DNA from: Azospirillales bacterium
GTDB lineage: Bacteria > Pseudomonadota > Alphaproteobacteria > Azospirillales > Azospirillaceae
Length of the DNA stretch: 33,179 bases
NCBI GenBank assembly: GCA_044343785.1
Contig: JBIJED010000001.1
Coordinates: forward strand, 1-33,179
Reading direction: 5' to 3'
Shown here in pieces: positions 32,961 to 33,179 of the stretch. The notes under the pieces were generated by a model. That model was given only the letters and a program-made list of their open reading frames with translations, did no database searches and was not told the origin of the DNA. Position 1 is the first letter of the stretch, and every line of letters starts with the position of its first letter. Position numbers and translations under genes: made by a program.

Positions 32961-32989
32961 CATATAGCAATTGCCGACGGTCGGCACAA
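32961..32989 (-). promoter_or_regulatory. Possible purC-purS promoter (TTGTGC-N16/17-CTATAT/TATATG) containing a 15-bp palindrome
   Basis: On the minus strand: TTGTGC at 32989-32984 and CTATAT at 32967-32962. The palindrome TGCCGAC-G-GTCGGCA (32972-32986) occupies the spacer and overlaps the -35 by 3 nt. Pattern match only. Confidence 0.3.
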
Positions 32990-32993
32990 TCGC

Positions 32994-33006
32994 GGGGGGG
33001 GGGGGG
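32994..33006. repeat. Homopolymeric G13 (C13 on the minus strand) tract in the divergent purC / DUF1476 intergenic region
   Basis: Counted directly: G at 32994-33000 (7) plus 33001-33006 (6), flanked by ATCGC and CGTCGCGG. Confidence 0.9.
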
Positions 33007-33110
33007 CGTCGCGGATCGCGTCCGGGGGTGGCGCCTTCCGGGCCATCGCCGGGTAGGTTATATGAAGGGCGACCGCGCGGCCCGGCCCGCGCCCCAGCAG
33101 GGACGCCCCG

Positions 33111-33179
33111 ATGACGACCTTCGACGACCGCCAGCAGGCCTTCGAGAACAAGTTCAAGCACGACCAGGAACTCCAGTTC
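33111..33179 (+). CDS. DUF1476 protein (F1-ATPase inhibitor zeta-subunit-like), 5' fragment; continues beyond the window
   Basis: My translation from the ATG at 33111: [23 protein letters not shown]. It closely resembles the N-terminus of the Paracoccus zeta subunit/DUF1476 family as I remember it (MTTFDDRERA.E.KFAHD.EL.FK). This family is commonly adjacent to purC in alphaproteobacteria. Confidence 0.7.
   Translation, partial: MTTFDDRQQAFENKFKHDQELQF

Noticed and set aside
1-33179. CRISPR arrays, IS elements or transposases, integrases, rRNA genes and prophage genes.
   Set aside because: I found no repeat-spacer periodicity, no terminal inverted repeats bracketing a transposase-like ORF and no rRNA-like sequence on either strand.

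Overview
This is a GC-rich chromosomal segment with alphaproteobacterial-style core synteny. I inferred the taxon from gene content and order only. I can support about 40 protein genes, 3 tRNAs (Asn-GTT, Cys-GCA, Leu-TAA), several GC-rich intergenic hairpins or terminators, and a few promoter-like elements.

Gene order:
- Partial NudF-like Nudix, tRNA-Asn, tRNA-Cys
- pcm, tolC, PopZ-like DUF2497, valS
- aapPMQJ (general L-amino-acid ABC transporter, minus strand)
- metC and hisI (overlapping)
- DUF815 ATPase
- yajC and secD, with no secF
- Mth938/DUF498 protein
- [NADK-fold protein, SPFH protein, NrtR-like regulator; one minus-strand operon]
- sodB
- Two divergent squalene/phytoene-synthase-family genes
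- trmFO
- NitT/TauT-type ABC transporter (SBP, ATPase, permease)
- puuD and uraH (divergent, urate oxidation), tRNA-Leu
- CinA/MoCF-like, sfsA, map, radC, purS, purC
- Start of a DUF1476 (zeta-inhibitor-like) gene

I saw no CRISPR array, transposase, integrase or rRNA.

The most interesting locus is the tightly coupled three-gene operon at about 16.7-19.4 kb. It encodes a catalytically degenerate Nudix-wHTH (NrtR-type) regulator, a TM-less SPFH/Band-7 protein and a non-canonical NAD-kinase-fold protein. A single AT-rich promoter with an inverted repeat drives it. It sits inside what is normally a contiguous housekeeping block (secD, Mth938, NDUFAF6-like, trmFO). I propose it as a candidate ADP-ribose/NAD-responsive system of unknown function. 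A defence role is speculation only.

Many long ORFs in the supplied track are antisense artefacts of high GC content, and I rejected them.
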